64,000 bases of DNA from Elusimicrobiota bacterium (GTDB taxonomy: Bacteria; Elusimicrobiota; Elusimicrobia; Elusimicrobiales; UBA9959). The notes under the pieces are model-generated. The model worked only from the letters and a program-made list of their open reading frames with translations. It made no database searches and was not told the origin of the DNA. Location: the NCBI GenBank assembly GCA_016234365.1, contig JACRER010000079.1, forward strand, positions 15,154-79,153. Reading direction: 5' to 3'. Every line of letters begins with the position of its first letter. Position 1 is the stretch's first letter. Below are positions 60,992 through 64,000 of the stretch, piece after piece. The position numbers and the translations under genes are program-made.

Positions 60992-63105
60992 AGATAACCG
61001 GCAGAATCCTTCTGATTGCGATGCTTTTGGGCATTGTGGGGAATTCTTTTGCCGCGACAAAGACATTGACTCCCAGCGGGCAGACAAAATTAAACGATTG
61101 GGCGCAAAAAGTCGCCCGCATCTATGCGACTGCGTTGAAAAACATGTCCGCCAACAATGCCTCGGGGGAGAAAACGGTGTATGTCTATGCCAAGGATGCT
61201 TCCGGGTTTTCAACGAGCGGGAAGATCGTTGCAAATTATTCAAATCTGAACATGACGGCAGCCCCCGGCTGTTCAGCCGGGGCGACGCTTCCAGCGGGGG
61301 CGTCGCTTCCATGGGGTTGTCCCGGAGATCCGCGGTATGTGGAGTTTTCCGCGGCGGATCACGGCGCATATAACCCGTTGGGCTATAATTTTTTCAAGTT
61401 CGACACGTATGGTCCTCAGGAGCAGTGCCTGGTGGGGAGTTATGGTTTTGGGCTTTGTCTTGGCAGGACGGTCGTTTCGGCTACGCGGGCCTCGTGCATA
61501 ATCGGTGCAAGAAGAGTAGGCTATAAGTTCCTTAACAACAACTACGCATATTGCCAGGTGGGCGAGGGATTTTTAGGGACAATCACCTCGTACACGATGC
61601 TGCCGGATGATAAATGTCTGGCGGCCTCCGGGTTGAAGACATCTTATGTTCCTGAACCTGTTTCCTGTGCAACTCTGTCTGCAACGGCGGTATTAAAAGA
61701 TAAACTTCAGGCTTATCGGGCGTACCAGGCCGCCTGTAATTCCAACCTGCTGCCTGCCGCAGGAAACGTGGATCTGGCCGAGCTTGACACAGTGCTGAGC
61801 GAGATTGAGAACGGCATCCAGCTTTCCGCCGGGGACGTTCAGGGGGACACCAATCCTCCGCCTGCCCAAAACCCCTGGACGGCACAAATGCCAAAGTTTG
61901 AGGCGGGCGGCCTTGCCAGCCAGACATTCCTTGTCGGCGGCCTTCTCCCTGAAAAACTTAAGGTAAAAGTTACCAGCCCGGATGGAACTGGCCCAAGCGG
62001 CGTTCAGGTCGGGTTTTCTGTGGACAGCGCGCCAAGCGCGGATTGGTCTTTCGATAGCGGGAACGCGGGTCAGCCGGCAACTCTCGCCACCATAAATGGA
62101 ACCGCTGAAACCGGATTTAAACTCGGAACTGCCTCCGGAACCTATTCAATAAAAGCGACCTGCGGGGACTGTTGTCCCAGTGAGGTTCGCTTTTCCGCTA
62201 AGGCTATTTCGGATAAGACAAGAATAAATGGGAAGATTAAAAATGGCCAATGCGGGAGCCTGACTTTCGGAGAGCGGGCCATCCCGGTTAATGCGGATGG
62301 GACGTTCGTGATAGATGATGTGAAGCTTATTGCGAAGGAGGAAAATGGCGTTACTAAAGTAGATTATGAGGATTTTCTAAGTGCCGGCGCCTGCCAGGTG
62401 GATGTGCTCTGCCCTGAAGGAAACGCGTTTCTGGGGGATCCCGGCTATCCCGGCTGCGGAAATGGCGCGCATAGAAACGCGGACCCACCGGCGGGCTATA
62501 AGAAGAAAAGGAAAAAACACTACGGGGTGGATATTCATGGCGCTGAAGGTTTTGTGGTAAGGGCGGTCAAGGCGGGAACGGTAATTCATGTGGGGGAATT
62601 TAAAAAAGGTGATGCATTGAGAAAAGAGAGTTTTGGCTGGATAGTGATTACAAAGACCAAGGTCGGTAATAGGTTTGAGTATATTATGTACGCGCATTTA
62701 CAGGCGCCGACCCCAGAAGAAGATCCTCTTGTGAAAGTTCCGACAAGGCCCGGAGACATAGTAAATGCCGGCGATCCTATAGGGTTGATGGGGGCCACAG
62801 GCAATGCAAGTAAGGTCGGTTGTCCGCCGCATGTGCATATAGAGATGCGGCGCTCTTCTTTGGAGATTAAGACTATCAACAATACGGAATTAATGCCGGG
62901 AAAGGGCAGAGATTTTAATTCCGGGAAGGACACCTCAAATAAATTCATAAGTTCCAACGTGTTTTTAAACACCTGTGTGAAATGGAATAAAAAAGGAGAA
63001 TGCCTTAAAAGGACCGATCCTAAAAATGCTCTAAAGAGTGACATTAATTCCGATTGTGAGTTGGGGTGTAAGTACTATGGGAAATGCACACAAAAGAAAA
63101 AATAA
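60988..63105 (+). CDS. large secreted Cys-rich protein with Ig-like domain and C-terminal M23 (LytM-type) metallopeptidase
   Basis: Start trimmed to MKITGRILLIAMLLGIVGNSFA. Ig-like KVKVTSPDGTG...TYSIKATC. M23 motifs HYGVD (HxxxD) and PHVHIE (HxH). Confidence 0.85.
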   Translation: MKITGRILLIAMLLGIVGNSFAATKTLTPSGQTKLNDWAQKVARIYATALKNMSANNASGEKTVYVYAKDASGFSTSGKIVANYSNLNMTAAPGCSAGATLPAGASLPWGCPGDPRYVEFSAADHGAYNPLGYNFFKFDTYGPQEQCLVGSYGFGLCLGRTVVSATRASCIIGARRVGYKFLNNNYAYCQVGEGFLGTITSYTMLPDDKCLAASGLKTSYVPEPVSCATLSATAVLKDKLQAYRAYQAACNSNLLPAAGNVDLAELDTVLSEIENGIQLSAGDVQGDTNPPPAQNPWTAQMPKFEAGGLASQTFLVGGLLPEKLKVKVTSPDGTGPSGVQVGFSVDSAPSADWSFDSGNAGQPATLATINGTAETGFKLGTASGTYSIKATCGDCCPSEVRFSAKAISDKTRINGKIKNGQCGSLTFGERAIPVNADGTFVIDDVKLIAKEENGVTKVDYEDFLSAGACQVDVLCPEGNAFLGDPGYPGCGNGAHRNADPPAGYKKKRKKHYGVDIHGAEGFVVRAVKAGTVIHVGEFKKGDALRKESFGWIVITKTKVGNRFEYIMYAHLQAPTPEEDPLVKVPTRPGDIVNAGDPIGLMGATGNASKVGCPPHVHIEMRRSSLEIKTINNTELMPGKGRDFNSGKDTSNKFISSNVFLNTCVKWNKKGECLKRTDPKNALKSDINSDCELGCKYYGKCTQKKK

Positions 63106-63106
63106 T

Positions 63107-64000
63107 ATGCTTAAAATAATTTTTCTCATTTTAGTTCTTCCGATGGCCGGAGCGGTTTTTGCCGAGCCGTATAATCCGGGGGAGGAGTTGTTCTTGACGC
63201 TCAGCCTGAGAGATCATAAATTAGGCCGGCCCTGGAAAGGCAATGATCTGTTTTTCTGCGATGACTTTAAAGGGATGTATCTTGAGGATTTCACGGGCGT
63301 GATAGACGACACTGTGACGCGGTATGACGACCGTGGGAACGTGATGTGGAGGAAATTCTTTCAATTGAGACCGACATTCTCCCCCGACTGTAAGTATATC
63401 GTTATGAAGACTACTGCTTCTGATACCGAGGGTTATATCTATGACGGCGAAACTGGCAAGTTGCTGGTTTACTCGAAACAGCTTTTGGGCTATGGGTGGG
63501 TGTATTTTTCAAAAAACAACAAGTACATTGTAAGCAGTGAAGGCTATGTGGAGCCCGGTGACTATGCAACACGGGAGGGCGGGGCCGTTACTGCTGTGGA
63601 AGGAAAGAGGATGTTGTTCAGCCGCAAGGAGGCGGCAGGGGAGCCTGTGTTTAATAATAGGTATTTTATCGGGAATGAGGCTGTTTACGATGGGAAGGGA
63701 AAAGTTAAATGGGTCCTGGATTATAACCCGCTGGATACAGCGGCAGATGCGGCTGGGCACAATATGTTCGGTTTTCCAATAGGACGGTATCCTCTTTTTG
63801 GTTTTTCCAAATACCCGGCGGAGCGGGTGTATGTGAATTTTAAGGCATTCTCTAAGGACGGCATGTATTTTGTGGTAGAAGAGTCACAGGATACGGATTC
63901 CGACGAAGTGAAAAGCAACTATTATCTTGGCAAGTGGAATGAAAAAGGGTTCGAGCGTATAAAAGAACTTCCCGCGGGGCTGTATCTTTTCTCGGATGAC
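63107..64000 (+). CDS. secreted protein, unknown function (beta-propeller-like motifs); truncated by the window end
   Basis: Hand-translated from the ATG at 63107, one nt after the M23 stop. MLKIIFLILVLPMAGAVFA signal. FSPDCKYIVMK, NNKYIVSSEG, SKDGMYFVVEE repeats. Open to 64000, so absent from the track. Confidence 0.6.
   Translation, partial: MLKIIFLILVLPMAGAVFAEPYNPGEELFLTLSLRDHKLGRPWKGNDLFFCDDFKGMYLEDFTGVIDDTVTRYDDRGNVMWRKFFQLRPTFSPDCKYIVMKTTASDTEGYIYDGETGKLLVYSKQLLGYGWVYFSKNNKYIVSSEGYVEPGDYATREGGAVTAVEGKRMLFSRKEAAGEPVFNNRYFIGNEAVYDGKGKVKWVLDYNPLDTAADAAGHNMFGFPIGRYPLFGFSKYPAERVYVNFKAFSKDGMYFVVEESQDTDSDEVKSNYYLGKWNEKGFERIKELPAGLYLFSDD

Noticed and set aside
1-64000. CRISPR arrays, rRNA and tRNA genes, integrases or transposases
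   Set aside because: Reading through all intergenic regions showed no regularly spaced direct repeats, no cloverleaf-like 70-90 nt units with GTTCGA-type T-loops in a proper context, and no recombinase-like ORFs. tRNAscan or CRISPR finders should confirm.

Overview
GC-rich bacterial chromosomal window (by eye mid-60s % G+C; taxon not assignable from sequence alone; OM beta-barrel and TolB-like genes suggest a diderm). Everything from 2.5 to 38.2 kb is on the + strand. It opens with a near-complete S10/spc/alpha ribosomal-protein supercluster (rplC to rplQ, including secY, adk, map, infA, rpmJ, rpoA) that lacks rpsJ and rpmD. This runs with a 4-nt gap into mreB-mreC-mreD-mrdA-rodA. Next come a DUF2344-like gene, RNase G, an AMIN-amidase, murI, small accessory genes (an orphan hicA), ComB-like-queC-queE, a secreted PLD-family protein, hpt, ftsH, cdaA with only a 32-aa CdaR-like stub, and a CE4 deacetylase. 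From 38.2 to 52.0 kb on the - strand lies a tightly coupled 13-gene glycan locus. Its gene set is sugar kinase, nucleotidyltransferase, Gmd-like 4,6-dehydratase, a DegT-family enzyme with His in place of the Schiff-base Lys plus a Cys cluster, an SDR, an E1 alpha/beta ThDP pair, a B12-radical SAM enzyme, a methyltransferase, three glycosyltransferases and a flippase. That combination predicts a deoxygenated, C-branched sugar. A 267-bp MITE-like element sits at 52.87-53.14 kb, followed by two-component genes and a 630-bp gene-free structured region. From about 57.4 kb to the window end there is a visibly lower-GC island. It encodes an orphan OmpR-type regulator, a tail-collar fibre-like protein, PD40-like secreted proteins, an OM beta-barrel protein and a 705-aa secreted M23 peptidase, preceded by a consensus promoter overlapped by an 18-bp perfect palindrome. 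This island is my best candidate for an undescribed surface/lytic system. No rRNA, tRNA or CRISPR array was seen by eye. Many long antisense ORFs in the track are GC-driven shadow ORFs.
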